Source of the DNA: Squalus acanthias
Taxonomy: Eukaryota
Direction: 5' to 3'
Assembly: GCA_030390025.1 (NCBI GenBank)
Contig: CM059432.1
Span: 12,276,001 to 12,340,000 of the forward strand
DNA length: 64,000 nucleotides
Translations under genes and position numbers: made by a program
Notes under the pieces: generated by a model
What the model was told of the DNA's origin: nothing
Databases searched by the model: none
The model's input: only the letters and a program-made list of their open reading frames with translations
In this document: positions 1-11,796 of the stretch, in pieces
Layout: each line of letters begins with the position of its first letter
Numbering within the stretch: position 1 is the stretch's first letter

Positions 1-304
1 CATTCTCCGATGCAACAGCCATCTGATTTCTGCTCACAAAATAGGTTTGATGAGTCTTGAATACAAGAGCTGTCAAACGATGACGACTCATCTGTCAAAA
101 AATTTTGACAGATGAAACGTCATACGTTGACGTGCTCTGCAACCGGCTTCCCCTTAATTGACCTGCTAAGCCCGCTGGGCGGGCTTAACAAGGCTAATCA
201 AGGGAAAATAGCGTGGGTTGGCCACAAGTCGATGGAGGCGGGACTAAAACCCGACAAGCAGCAGTCCCGCCTCCAACGCGCCCCCATTGGCAAAAATCAC
301 CCCC
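1..304. mobile_element. Right part of a non-autonomous DNA transposon (MITE) related to 47478-48314
   Basis: 68-243 aligns with 48081-48253 (same tcatctgtcaa..ttgacagatga and agccc..gggct hairpins); ends in TIR-like aaaatcacccc. Confidence 0.7.
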
Positions 305-649
305 AGGTTACAGCCCGGGCATGATTGGGAGCTATAAATTCCAGGCTATAAGATCTTTAGAAAGGACGGCGAAACTGGGAAAAGAGGGGGGTGGGGAGAG
401 TAGCGATATTGACAAAAGACACAATTGCAGAAGTAGAAAGAAGGGATTTCAGATCAGAGAGAGCAATCAGGCAATGGAAACACTATGGGTCGAATAAAGG
501 AACAGCAAAGAATGCAAGTCTCTGGTGGGTGTTGTCTGCAGACCTGCCGTTAGTAGTCTGTGGTAGCAGTGTGGGGGTGGGGTGGGGGGTTCGGGGAGTA
601 TAAGAACGGAGACCAGCAAAGCACGCAGCAAAGACAATGTGGTTATAAT

Positions 650-1115
650 GGGAGATTTACCAGAATGGTTCCGGGGATGGGGGTTCTTAGCTACAAGGAC
701 AGGTTGGAGAAGCTGGATTTGTTTTCATTAGAGCAAAGGAGGTGGAGGGGTGATTTGATAGAGGTGTACAAGATTATGACGGGTTTGGATAGGCTAGACG
801 GGGAAAGGCTGTTCCCACTAGTTGATGGTGCAAGGACTAGGGGACAGATTTAAGGTTTTGGGCAAGAGATACAGGGGTATGTGAGGAAAAGCTTTTTTAC
901 GCAGCGAGTGATGACCTGGAACTCGCTGCCGATGGAAGTGGTGGAAGCGGAGACACTCAATGTTTTCAAGGGGAGACTGGATAGGCACTTGAGGGAAATA
1001 AACTTGCAGGGCTACGGGGATAGAGCGGGGGAATGGGACTGACTGGATTGCTCTACAGAGAGCCGGCACGGACTCGACGGGCCGAATGGCCTCCTTCTGT
1101 GCCGTTATGACTCTG
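650..1115 (+). mobile_element. CR1 (HER1-like) LINE 3' fragment
   Basis: [29 protein letters not shown] peptide and CR1 3' UTR stem-loop. Confidence 0.9.
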
Positions 1116-1230
1116 TTAATTTTCACATAGATGGGGAGAGGCAGAACAGCTCATTAAGTAAAAGCAATGAATTTCTAGAATGCATAACGTGATCAGGACA
1201 ATTTTCTAGAACAATATGTTTAAGAACCGA

Positions 1231-1379
1231 AATAAAAACAGAAAATGCTGGAAAGACCTGAAACGTTAACTGTGTTTCTCTCTCTCTCCACAGATGCTGC
1301 CTGACCTGCTGAGCGTTTCCAGCAGTTTCTGTTTTTCCTATCAGATTTCCAGCATCCGCAGTGTTTTGCTTTTGTGTTA
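1231..1379 (+). mobile_element. Short Penelope-like (family A) pseudo-LTR insertion with inverted 5' piece
   Basis: 15-bp TSD atgtttaagaaccga (1216-1230, 1380-1394); only the 3' half of the hammerhead core (gacctgaaacgttaac). Confidence 0.8.
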
Positions 1380-1456
1380 ATGTTTAAGAACCGACAAGGG
1401 AACGATCCACACTGGATTTAGTGATGAATAACGAACCAGAACTAGTTAACGATCTG

Positions 1457-2404
1457 CTCAACAATGAAGCTCAATGTAAGCTCGAGGAACAGCACCTCAT
1501 CTTTCGATTAGGCACTTTACAGCCTTCTGGACTCAACATTGAGTTCAACAATTTCAGACCAGAACCTCGGCCCCTATCATTTTTTCTCTCTCTCACATGG
1601 CAGCTGTCGATCATTCTGCCATTGCCATTTACACCTCATCTAGAGTCATCTTTTGTTTCTTAACTTGTCCCATTACCATCTCCTTTTGCCTTGCACCATC
1701 ATCCCTTTTGTCTCTTAATCTCTCCTGCCTTCCAGCCTATCACAGACCTTCACTTTTGTTCTATCCTCCCCTCCCCCCTTTCCCTGCCCCGGCACTTGCC
1801 TAAAAACCTGCTCCATTGCCAGTTTTTTCCAGTTCTGACGAAGGGTCATCGACCTGAAACGGTGGCAGCACGGTGGCATAGTGGTTAGCACTGGTGCCTC
1901 ACAGCGCCAGAGACCCGGGTTCGAATCTGACCTCGGGTGACTGTCTGTGTGGAGTTTGCACATTCTCCCCGTGTCTGCGTGGGTTTCCTCCGGGTGCTCC
2001 GGTTTCCTCCCACAGTCCAAAAATGTGCGGGTTAGGTTGATTTGGCTATGATAAATTGACCCTTAGTGTTAGGGGGGGGATTAAATATGTGGGGTTATGG
2101 GGATAGGATGGGATATGTTAGGGGGAATTAAATACGTGGGGTTACGGGGTAGGGTGGGATATGTGTACTGTGGGGATTAAAGCAGGGACAGGGTACTGGA
2201 TTTGGATGATCAGCCATGATCGTATTGAATGGTGGAGCAGGCTCGACGGGCCGAATGGCCTACTCCTGCTCCTAGATTCTATGTTTCTATGTTTCTATGT
2301 TAACTCTGTTTCTCTCTCCACAGATGCTGCCTGACCTGCTGAGTATTTCCAGCATTTTCAGTTTTTATTTCAGATTTCCAGCATCCGCAGTATTTTGCTT
2401 CTGT
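1457..2404 (+). mobile_element. Penelope-like element 3' end (GIY-YIG C-terminus plus pseudo-LTR), family A, split by an HE1 SINE
   Basis: KLEEQHLIFRLGTLQPSGLNIEF peptide; 16-bp TSD actagttaacgatctg (1441-1456, 2405-2420). Confidence 0.85.
1862..2299 (+). mobile_element. HE1-type tRNA-derived V-SINE with CR1/HER1 3' tail
   Basis: A box tggcatagtgg, B box ggttcgaatc, V-domain tgtgtggagtttgcacattctcccc, tail (ttctatgt)n. Confidence 0.9.
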
Positions 2405-2912
2405 ACTAGTTAACGATCTGGTGGTAAGGGAGCATCTTACAAATAGTGACCATAATATGATTTAAACTGACGTTCGTTGGAGAAGGAGAAGCAAAAGTCA
2501 CAAACCAAGGTTGTAAATTTAAGTAAGGCAAACTTCGAAGGGATAAGAAAATTAACTGCAATTAACTGGGCTGAACTGTTAATGGGTATATACCTACAGA
2601 CGAACAGTGGAAAGTATTCAAGGAGGTATTTGGTTAGTTACAGAAGATTAGTTGTAGCAAAGTTCCTGTGGTAATATTCATTCTTACTGTGGGGCATGTG
2701 CACAGTAACATCACTGGAAGCACCTGCAATCCATGCACATTGTAGCGTGAATACTTCAAATCCTGTTGCCTTCAAACACTTAGAAATCAAGAATGAATTA
2801 CTTTCTATTGAATTGTCCTGTGATCCCAAAATGTAATAGAGAGAGATAGGATTTACTTTTGTGGTAAAACAATTTCTACTGCTTTTGAGGGAATAGATGT
2901 CCCATGAATACA

Positions 2913-3515
2913 AATATCAGTCGTTGAGTATATTCAAGAATGAGATCGATAGATTTTTGGACTCTAAGGGAATCAAGGGATAAACATAGAATCTAGGAGC
3001 AGGAGTAGGCCATTCGGCCCGTCGAGCCTGCTCCACCATTCAATACGATCATGGCTGATCATTCAAATCCAGTACCCTGTCCCTGCTTTAATCCCCACAG
3101 TACACATATCCCACCCTAGCCCCGTAACCCCACGTATTTAATTCCCCCTAACATATCCCATCCTATCCCCATAACCCCACATATTTAATCCCCCCCCCCC
3201 CCCCCTAACACTAAGGGTCAATTTATCATAGCCAAATCAACCTAACCCGCACATTTTTGGACTGTGGGAGGAAACCGGAGCACCCGGAGGAAACCCACGC
3301 AGACACGGGGAGAATGTGCAAACTCCACACAGACAGTCACCCGAGGTCAGATTCGAACCCGGGTCTCTGGCGCTGTGAGGCACCAGTGCTAACCACTATG
3401 CCACCGTGTTGCCCAAATATGGGGATCGGGCGGGAAAGTGGAGTTGAGGTCGATGATCAGCCATGATCTTATTGAATGGCGGAGCAGGCTCAAGGGGCCG
3501 TATTTCTTATGTTCT
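2913..3515 (+). mobile_element. CR1 3' end interrupted by an antisense HE1 SINE
   Basis: gagatcgatagattttt..aatcaagggata resumes at ~3417 as atatggggatcgggcgggaaagtgg. Confidence 0.8.
2983..3414 (-). mobile_element. HE1-type V-SINE
   Basis: Reverse complement of 1862-2299 with only a few differences. Confidence 0.9.
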
Positions 3516-3606
3516 TATATATAAACACACACACCTACATATATACTGTTTATAGTAACAGTATTCAGTACTACAGTTTCTACAATATATTGCTATTTAT
3601 TACGTT

Positions 3607-3979
3607 TTGAAACATACAAAATTCTTACAGGGTAGATGCAGGGAGGATGTTTCCCCTGGCTGGGGAGTCTAGAACCAGGGGTCACAGTCTCAGAATAAGG
3701 GGTCGGCCATTTAGGACTGAGATGAGAAGAAATTTCTTCACTCAGAGGGTGGTGAATCTTTGGAATTCTCTACCCCAGAGGGCTGTGGAGGCTCAGTCGT
3801 TGAGTATATTCAAGACAGAGATCGATAGATTTTTGAATATTAAGGGGAATCAAGGGATATGGGGATAGTTCAGGAAAGTGGAGATGAGGTAGAAGATCAG
3901 CCATGATCTTACTGAATGGCGGAGCAGGCTCGAAGGGCCAAATGGCCGACTCCTGCTCCTATTTCTTATGTTCTTATGT
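3607..3979 (+). mobile_element. CR1 LINE 3' fragment
   Basis: MFPLAGESRTRGHSLRIRGRPFRTEMRRNFFTQRVVNLWNSLP; (ttcttatg)n tail. Confidence 0.9.
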
Positions 3980-4351
3980 TTATATTCACTACCTGACACA
4001 AGAAGCCGGAACCACAAGCAGAAAAATTCTCAATGTCCTGTAAATTTGTTCGTTCCCTGTATCAAAAGATGTTTGATCTTAGTTATTGTTCTGTGAAAAG
4101 AGGGTTCAGATTTTTTTGTCACTTAATCAGAGGAAAAAGGACAGAAGGATAAAGACCATCCTTCAAATCAGTTCGAGTGACCGACCCGCCACCGATTGCG
4201 GCCGCTACCACCACGGAAAATTCAGCCCAAAGTGTGGGTTTTTGGGAAACCAGTATTTTCAGTTCAAATCTAGAGAAAATCAGTAGAAAACTGGGATGGG
4301 GGAAGAATTTCAGTCGGGTTCTCCCAATCTTTAGCATCTACCCGTATTTTT

Positions 4352-5210
4352 TTTTTATTGCCCATCCCTAATTGCCCTCGAGAAGGTGGTGGGGAGCCGC
4401 CGCCTTGAACCGCTGCAGTCCGTGTGGTGAAGGTACTCCCACAGTGCTGACTTTGTTGTAGCGATTTGGTACAAACTGAGTGGCTTGCTGGGCCGTTTCA
4501 GAGGGCAGTTCAGAGTCAACCACATTGCTGTGGGTCTGGAGTCACATATAGGCCAGACCGGGTAAGGACGGCAGATTTCCTTCCCTAAAGGACATTTTTG
4601 CGACAAGTTTTCACGGTACATAAGAACATAAGATGTAGGAGCAGGAGTGGGTCATTTGGCCCCTCGAGCCTGCTCCGCCATTCAATAAGATCGTGGCTGA
4701 TCTGATCTTGGCCTCAACTCCACTTTGCTGCCCGCTCCCCATAACCCTTGACCCCCCCCATATTGTTCAAAAATCTGTCTATCTCCACCTTAAATATATT
4801 CAATGACCCAGCCTCCACAGCTCTCTGGGGAAGAGAATTCCAAAGATTCACGACCCTCTGAGAGAAGAAATTCCTCCTCATTTCCGATTTAAATGGGTGC
4901 CCCCTTATTCTGAAACTATGCCCCCTAGTTCTAGATTCCCCCACCAGGGGAAACATCTGTCAAGCCCCTTCAGAATCTTATATGCTTCAATAAGATCCTC
5001 TCTCATTCTTCTAAACTCCAACGAGTATAGGCCCATTACTAGTCACCATTACTGATACTAGATTTTTAATTCCAGATTTTTTTATTTTAATTAACTGAAT
5101 TTAAATTTCTCCATCTGCCGTCGTGGGATTTGAACTCGGGTCTACCAGGATTATTACTCTGGGCCTCTGGATTACTAGCCCAGTAACATAACCACTATGC
5201 TACCGTACCC
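4352..5210 (-). mobile_element. tRNA-derived SINE (third family) interrupted by CR1
   Basis: Head ggtagcatagtggttatgttactgg at ~5205; body and tail match 40990-41320 and the tail of the 9865-10537 LINE. Confidence 0.75.
4617..5034 (-). mobile_element. CR1 LINE 3' fragment
   Basis: MFPLVGESRTRGHSFRIRGHPFKSEMRRNFFSQR. Confidence 0.9.
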
Positions 5211-5532
5211 TCATACGAGTCACTACTAGCAGAGAGGCACCATTCTAACCTGTAGAGATTTAATAATGTATTTCAGGGATGCTCATTGTGTGTGAGATTT
5301 AAGTGACTAGCGGATGCACGAAAAATGCCGTGCAATTACTACCTGGGGACCTCACAGTTCAAAATACAGCAGATCGTGAATGTACGTTTTACAGTACTTG
5401 CACCGTTTACTATTTTATTTACCCAACTGGGGTACAAAAGAAAGCCCCGCAGAGGGTGTGCGGGCTCGAAGTAACATTACATCTATTGCACTGCGCACCT
5501 TCTCTCGTTAAAGGCTTAAGTCACTCACTCAC

Positions 5533-5587
5533 CTGGTCCGATGGGGAGTAATCGTTTTGTCGGACTTGGTCAATTCTGTCTAAAAAG
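5533..5587 (-). CDS. GNAL: Internal 55-bp coding exon of a Gs-class G-protein alpha subunit gene (GNAL more likely than GNAS; paralogue not certain)
   Basis: Minus strand reads ttttttttctttcAG|C TTT TTA GAC AGA ATT GAC CAA GTC CGA CAA AAC GAT TAC TCC CCA TCG GAC CAG|GTgagt = (Y)FLDRIDQVRQNDYSPSDQ. Length (55 nt), phase (2 to 0) and peptide match the GNAS exon FLDKIDVIKQADYVPSDQ and GNAL FLERIDSVSLVDYTPTDQ. The RID motif and long upstream intron favour GNAL. Confidence 0.9.
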
Positions 5588-5846
5588 CTGAAAGAAAAAA
5601 AAAGCAAAATACCCCAAGTTTAATTCTCTGTTTTCAGTCTGAAACTGGAAAGCAAAACATGGTTATTGTATTTTATAAAATATATATTTTTTTCATGAGA
5701 CAGGGAACAGACAAAAATTATAAATAAACTTAAGGTAAAATCTTCAACATAAATTCTAGGTCAGTCACCTACAGCTTACCAGTGCATTACTAGTGATAAC
5801 ATAGAACGTACGGCACATAAACAGGCCATTCTATCAGGAAAGGATG

Positions 5847-6290
5847 TTATACCTGTCAGGAAAGGATGAACAGGCTGGGTCTCTTTTCTCTTGAAAAAAG
5901 AAGGCTGAGGGGTGAGCTAATAAAGGTCTTTAAAATCATGAAAGGTTTTGATAGAGTGGATACAGAGAGAATGTTTCCACTTGTGGTGAAGAGCATAACT
6001 AAAGGCCATCAATATAAGATAGTCACCAAGAAATCCAATAGGGAATTCAGAAGAAACTTCTTTACCCAGAGTGGTGAGAATGTGGAACTCACTACCACAG
6101 GGAGTGATTGAAGTGAATAGTATAGAGGCATTTAAGGGGAGGCTGGACAAGCATATGAGGGAGAAGGGAATAGAGGGTTATGCTGATAGATTTAGATGAG
6201 GAAAGACGGGAGGAGGCTCGAGTGGATCATAAACGGCGGCATGGCCTGGTTGGGCCGAATGGCCTGTTTCTGTGCCGTATATCCCATGTA
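5847..6290 (+). mobile_element. CR1 LINE 3' fragment
   Basis: [30 protein letters not shown]. Confidence 0.9.
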
Positions 6291-7096
6291 ATCCTGTGTA
6301 CAGCACAGAAACAGGCCATTCGGCCCAACTGCTCCATGCCGGTGTACACGACACGAGCCTCCTCCCACCCACTGCAAGTGATGTTTGCTGTCATTGAGTA
6401 GCTGTGCAGTTACTGACTTAACCGAGTGGGGAAAATTGGTCACCCGTAAGTTTAGGAAGGATCCGGTGAGGCTCGTTAGTACACAGAACCCAATAATGTA
6501 AAAATAAAATCACAGCAGTCAGTCTATAAAAAGATAGATCATGTCACATCTGGCGCGTAACCCTTCGTCGGACGTGTTACACACCCGAATTGTGTTCTCT
6601 CCTTACACATACTGACTGACCTGCCGTATATGCCCAACATTTTCTGCATTCATTTCAGAATTCCAGCATTTCCCATTAATTTTAAAGGGTAGGTTAGTCT
6701 CAGATTCAGCTCCGATAAAGAATGCTATCCAAAAACAGTAACCCTTTCTCTTCCGGCTGCTGACTAGACCTCCTTTACATTTCTGTCTTTATTTCACATT
6801 TACATGCTTTGGGTTGTTTTTTTTTTTGCCTGGATAAGATCCAAAAGATTTGATGAAATATTTTGAAAGATGAGATTCTCCACAGCGAGGTGTAATGTAC
6901 CGTTTGAGCCTGACTATTTCTATAGGCCAGGGATGTCCAAACTATGGCCAGTGGGCCAGTTCTAACCATCGAGCCCCAGCAATCCATCCCTCTAAAGCCC
7001 AGACAACATAATTCTATCCGTGCTTCTACTTACTGCACATGGGCTCGGAATATTGTGGGCCTCGAGGTCTGATGCTCTCTGCGATGATTACTGCTC

Positions 7097-8014
7097 AACA
7101 TTGACCTACATTGGCTCCCGGTCCGGCAAGGCCTCGATTTTAAAATTCTCATCCTTGTTTTCAAATCCCTCCATGGCCTCGCCCCCCCCCCCCCACCCCC
7201 TCTCCCTGTCTCTGTAACCTCCTCCAATCCCGTTATGTGAATTTATAAACGAGTTGCGTGTTTTCAATCTCTTGAACCTGTTTAAAGGGATTTTTGCAGT
7301 TTCTCTAAAAGTAAACATGTGATATCCTGCTGATTAATCTTACTTCCTTTTTTCTCTCCCTTTTGCTTTCCCACTCCCACCAGATAGTCTCAATGACTTA
7401 AGAGATGCGATTGTGTACCTTTTTATATATAATATTTGCAATGTTAATACAGTTCCTATGACATTCACATTTCCTATGCCTATTCCAACGCTCTCCTGGC
7501 CCGGTCTCCCATCTCGCGCCCTCCGTAAACTTGAGTTCATCCAAAACTCTGCTGCCCCGTGTCCTAACTCGCACCAAGTCCCGTTCTCCCATTACCCCTG
7601 TGCTTGCTGACCTCCGGCAACGCCTCGATTTTAAAATTCTCATCCTTGTTTTCAAACCCCTCCATGGCCTGGCCCTCCTCCCTATCTCTGTACCCTCCTT
7701 CAGCCCCACAACCCCCCCCGAGATCTCTGCGCTCCTCCAACTCTGGCCTCTTGCGCATCCCCGATTTTCATCGCTCCACCATTGGCGGCCGTGCCTTCAG
7801 CTGCCTGGGTCCTAAGCTCTGGAATTCCCTCCCTGAACCTCTCTGCCTCTCTCTCTCCTCCTTTAAGACGCTCCTTAAAACCTACCTCTTTGACCGAGCT
7901 GCTCTAATATCTCCTTATGTGGCTCAGTGTCAAATTTTGTTTGATAATCGCTCCTGTGGAGCACCCAGGGATGTTTTACTATGTTAAAGGCGCTATATAA
8001 ATACAAGTTGTTGT
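7097..8014 (+). mobile_element. L2 LINE 3' fragments (7097-7230 and 7480-8014)
   Basis: FKILILVFKxLHGLA and GRAFSCLGPKLWNSLP motifs; tail gctatataaatacaagttgttg. Confidence 0.85.
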
Positions 8015-8347
8015 TAAGCAGCACTATAATGGCTTCATGGTTAAGCGCACCATCCAGTGTGGTACTAAATCAGACAGACAAGGGAGCTCACTGGTTTGAT
8101 TCCTAGCCCGCGCTGTTGGCTGATTTCAGCTGGGCTGATGGTAGCTTTGCTGGAATTGGTCAGTTGTGTGCCAGGTCTAAGGAAGTGGGGGGGGGGGGGG
8201 GGTAGGGGAAATTACACAGCCAGGGCTCTTGTTCCTGATTGCTATCTGGTGACCCCTGGTGGAAATGGATGTTGAATGAGAGCAGGATTTGGGCTTGACT
8301 TTGATGCAATGTTTGAACAGTCTACCAGCACTAAATGGGCCAACGCA

Positions 8348-8630
8348 TAATCATAGAAACTAACCGCACAGAAAGAGGCCATTCGGCCCGTCGTGCCTGT
8401 GCTGGCTCTTTGAAAGAGCCGTCGTGCTCAGTCCCACATCCTTACTTTTTGTCCGTAACCCTGTGAGCTCCTTATCCTCCACTACCTGTCCAACTCCCTT
8501 TTAAAATTATTGATGGAATCGGCTTCCATCACCTGTTCGGGTCGAGCGTTCCAGATCCCCGACAACTCCCTGAGTGAAAACATTTCTCCCTCATCCCCTC
8601 TCTAGATCTTTTGCCAATGATTTTAAATCA
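8348..8630 (-). mobile_element. CR1 3' fragment
   Basis: Reverse-complement CR1 3' UTR (gaggccattcggccc...). Confidence 0.75.
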
Positions 8631-9289
8631 ATAATGAGCACTTGGGTGAGATATTTGGGGGATTTTACACACAGGCACCATCCACTAGCAGATTATGCCT
8701 CTGCAAACAAATCAAGGACAATATAGGTGGCAATTTCATCCCTACCTTAAAGTTAGTAAACGCCCCCTCATTTGCTAAATTTAAAGACACTGTTGAGGTT
8801 CCCACCTCTTGCTCCTGAATCTAATTTGTACAGAAGTAATCTCGTATTAAAATGGTTCAAAGACATTGCGTTGTTCCCCTTTTAATTTGATTAAAAAAAA
8901 ATTAATTTCAAAACTTCACTAATTCAGTTCACCTCGGGTATCAGCAAGAGTACACAGAGTCCGACAACCATTAGTCTACATTTGAAAAGTCTTGCTATGA
9001 TCCGCTGCAAAAAAAAATTACAACTTCATAAAGAAAGGTGTTTTGTGATTGGGAGGGTGGGCAAAGAAATGAAAACATCTCTTCACTTTCCATTCATTCC
9101 TTTTAAATCTCCTTGCACTATACGTTGGGTCACGGGGGAAAGCTGGTGACTTGGCCCAGGGGCTTGGTCTGTGACAGACAGATCTCTAGAGGTGTGAACT
9201 GTGCAACTTTCACTTCAATCTTCTCTACTGGGAGGTGATCAATATCTGCTCATTATTTGCTCTGGTGGAGAAACTGTTTTCTCTGGAAG

Positions 9290-9600
9290 GGAGAATCTAG
9301 AACAAGGGGGCATTATCCTTAAAATTAGAGCCAGGCCGTTCAGGGGTGATGTCAGGAAGCACTTCTTCACACAAAGGGAAGTGGAAATCTGGAACTCTCC
9401 CCCCCCCCAAAAAGCTGTCGAGGCTGGGGGGCGGGGGGGCGTCAATTGAAAATTTCAAAACTGAGATTGCTAGATTTTTGTTAGGCAAGGGTTACGGAAC
9501 CAAGGCGGGTAGATGGAGTTAAGCTACAGATCAGCCATGATCTAATTGAATGGCGGAACAGGCTCGAGGGGCTGACTGGCCTCCTCCTCTTCCTATGTTC
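9290..9600 (+). mobile_element. CR1 3' fragment
   Basis: LKIRARPFRGDVRKHFFTQR plus 3' UTR. Confidence 0.85.
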
Positions 9601-9864
9601 TTCTCACACCACAAATGAGAACTCAAAAGTGCGGAGAGCAAATCAACACCCCGCTGCCACACAAAGTAATATACTGTGCTACGCCACCGCAAGGGAAATG
9701 ATCAAACTATCCACAAAGGCAGCACCTGTCCAGTAAGTGTTACTCTGCTCAACAAACTGCACACATTTCACAAAATGATACATAAAACAAGGAACCTGCT
9801 CTAAGAAAATTAGCTGTGGCGAATGCAACAAGTGTGTTTTTAACTGCGCAATGAGTTCCCCACC

Positions 9865-10537
9865 ATCCTGGGGGTCACCATTGACCAGAAACTTAACTGG
9901 ACCAGCCACATAAATACTGTGGCAACAAGAGCAGGTCAGAGGCTGGGTATTCTGCCGCGAGGGTCTCACCTCCTGACTCCCCAAAGCCTTTCCACCATCT
10001 ACAAGGCACAAGTCAGGAGTGTGATGGAATGCTCTCCACTTGCCTGGATGAGTGCAGCTCCAACAACACTCAAGAAGCTCGACACCATCCAGGACAAAGC
10101 AGCCCGCTTGACTGGCACCCCATCCACCACCTTAAACATTCACTCCCTCCACCACCGGCATACCGTGGCTGCAGTGTGTACCATCTACAAGATGCACTGT
10201 AGCAACTCGCCAAGGCTTCTTCGACAGCACTTCCCAAACCCGCGACCTCTTCCACCTAGAAGAACAAAGGCAACAGGCGCATGTGAACACCACCACCTGT
10301 AAGTTCCCCTCCAATTCACACACCATCCTGACTTGGCAGTATATCGCCGATCCTTCATCGTCGCTGGGTCAAAATCCTGGAACTCCCTACCTAACAGCGC
10401 TGTGGGAGCACCTTCACCACACGGACTGCAGCGGTTCAAGAAGGTGGCTCACCACCACCTTCTCAAGGGCAGTTAAGAATGGGCAATAAATGCTGGCCTT
10501 GCCAGCGATGCCCACATCCCAGGAACGATTAAAAAAG
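9865..10537 (+). mobile_element. Non-LTR retrotransposon 3' fragment, second CR1/Jockey-group family
   Basis: LGVTIDQKLNW..YKAQVRSVME..LKKLDTIQDKAARL; tail gggcaataaatgctggccttgccagc. Confidence 0.8.
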
Positions 10538-11030
10538 AGTGGAAAATGAATTGAATTGCAAAATATGGTGATCTTTGCCGTGATAACGCATCTTTAAAAG
10601 TTACAGGTAAAATGGTATTGTAATCTAGGTCTAGCTTACTGTAACTCAGACTTTGATAGGTATAGACAATTGTAAAAGCAATCATATGGACCTCTCTCGG
10701 TCATAGAAAACACCGAGTCACCACATGGACCAAAGCAGTTGCTGTTTAACATTATGGTGCACCAACTTAACTAACATGGCTACACTAAGGGAAGGATCTG
10801 ACAGCACACTACTAGAAAATCAATTGAGAAGGAACTGCAATACATATATGCATTCATATGACAGCAGATATATAAATGCACTTGACTGTAACACAAACTA
10901 GTTTTGCACAAGAGATAGTAGATATATAAATACACAACTAACTATATGTTTGTTTTATACGCCAGTGGATTTATCAATGCACACAATTTGTAACACAAAC
11001 AGGACAGCTTTATATGACTACACCCCATCG

Positions 11031-11375
11031 ACATAAGAATTAGGAGCAGGAGTCGGCCATTCGACCCCTCGAGCCTGCTCCGCCATTCAATAAGATCATG
11101 GCTGATCAGATCTTGGCCTCAACTCCACTTTCCCGCCCTCTCCCCATACCCCTTGACTACCCTGTAGCTCAAAAATCTGTCTATCTCCACCCTGAATATA
11201 TTCAATGACCCAGCCTCCACAGCTCTCTGGGGTAGAGAATTCCAAAGTTTCACGACCCTCTGAGAGAAGAAATTCCTCCTCATCTCCGTTTTGAATGGGC
11301 GACCCCTTATTCTGAAACTATGCCCCCGAGTTCTGGATTCCCCCACGAGGGGAAACATCCTCCCTGCATCGACCC
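11031..11375 (-). mobile_element. CR1 3' fragment
   Basis: DAGRMFPLVGESRTRGHSFRIRGRPFKTEMRRNFF. Confidence 0.9.
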
Positions 11376-11796
11376 CAACAGTTACACCCAATCAACCTTT
11401 GGTACTGAATGGATAGTGTTGAGCTGGATATTGCTGTTCACTTAGGTTTTTCCAAAACACAAAGATGCTGGAAACTGTTTTGTGTTCGACCAGCAGAGGG
11501 CAACAAAGCGCTTTCTATCTGAACTGTGTCTACCGTAAATCTGCTACATGTGCAGTTGCCTCTTTCAGACACGACACTAAATTATTAGTCATGTTATTGG
11601 TGACGCCACTTAAATGTCCTGTACTTCTGTTGCTTTAATTCTGTAATGTATTCTGAAACAGAAAGTGGACAGGACGAAGGGGAAAAAAAATACCTTAAAT
11701 AAAGCCCACATTTCCATGAACAACAACTTGTATTTATACAAGCACCTATGAAGTAGAAGAAACACTCCAAGTCACTTTTACAGAATAGAAAAGGAG

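Larger units (their letters stand above)
1160..2640 (+). mobile_element. Degraded CR1 ORF2 endonuclease region, interrupted by two Penelope-like insertions
   Basis: FLEQYV..LDLVMNNEPELVNDL resumes after 2405 as LVNDLVVREHLTNSDHNMI (APE SDH motif). Confidence 0.75.

Noticed and set aside
1862..1935. tRNA gene (also the heads at 38166 and 40990)
   Set aside because: tRNA-derived SINE heads that continue into SINE bodies
6545..6670. Additional hammerhead in a diverged Penelope-like remnant
   Set aside because: The core is too decayed to reconstruct
8020..8340. Old tRNA-SINE-like sequence
   Set aside because: Looks repeat-derived but is too diverged to assign from this window alone
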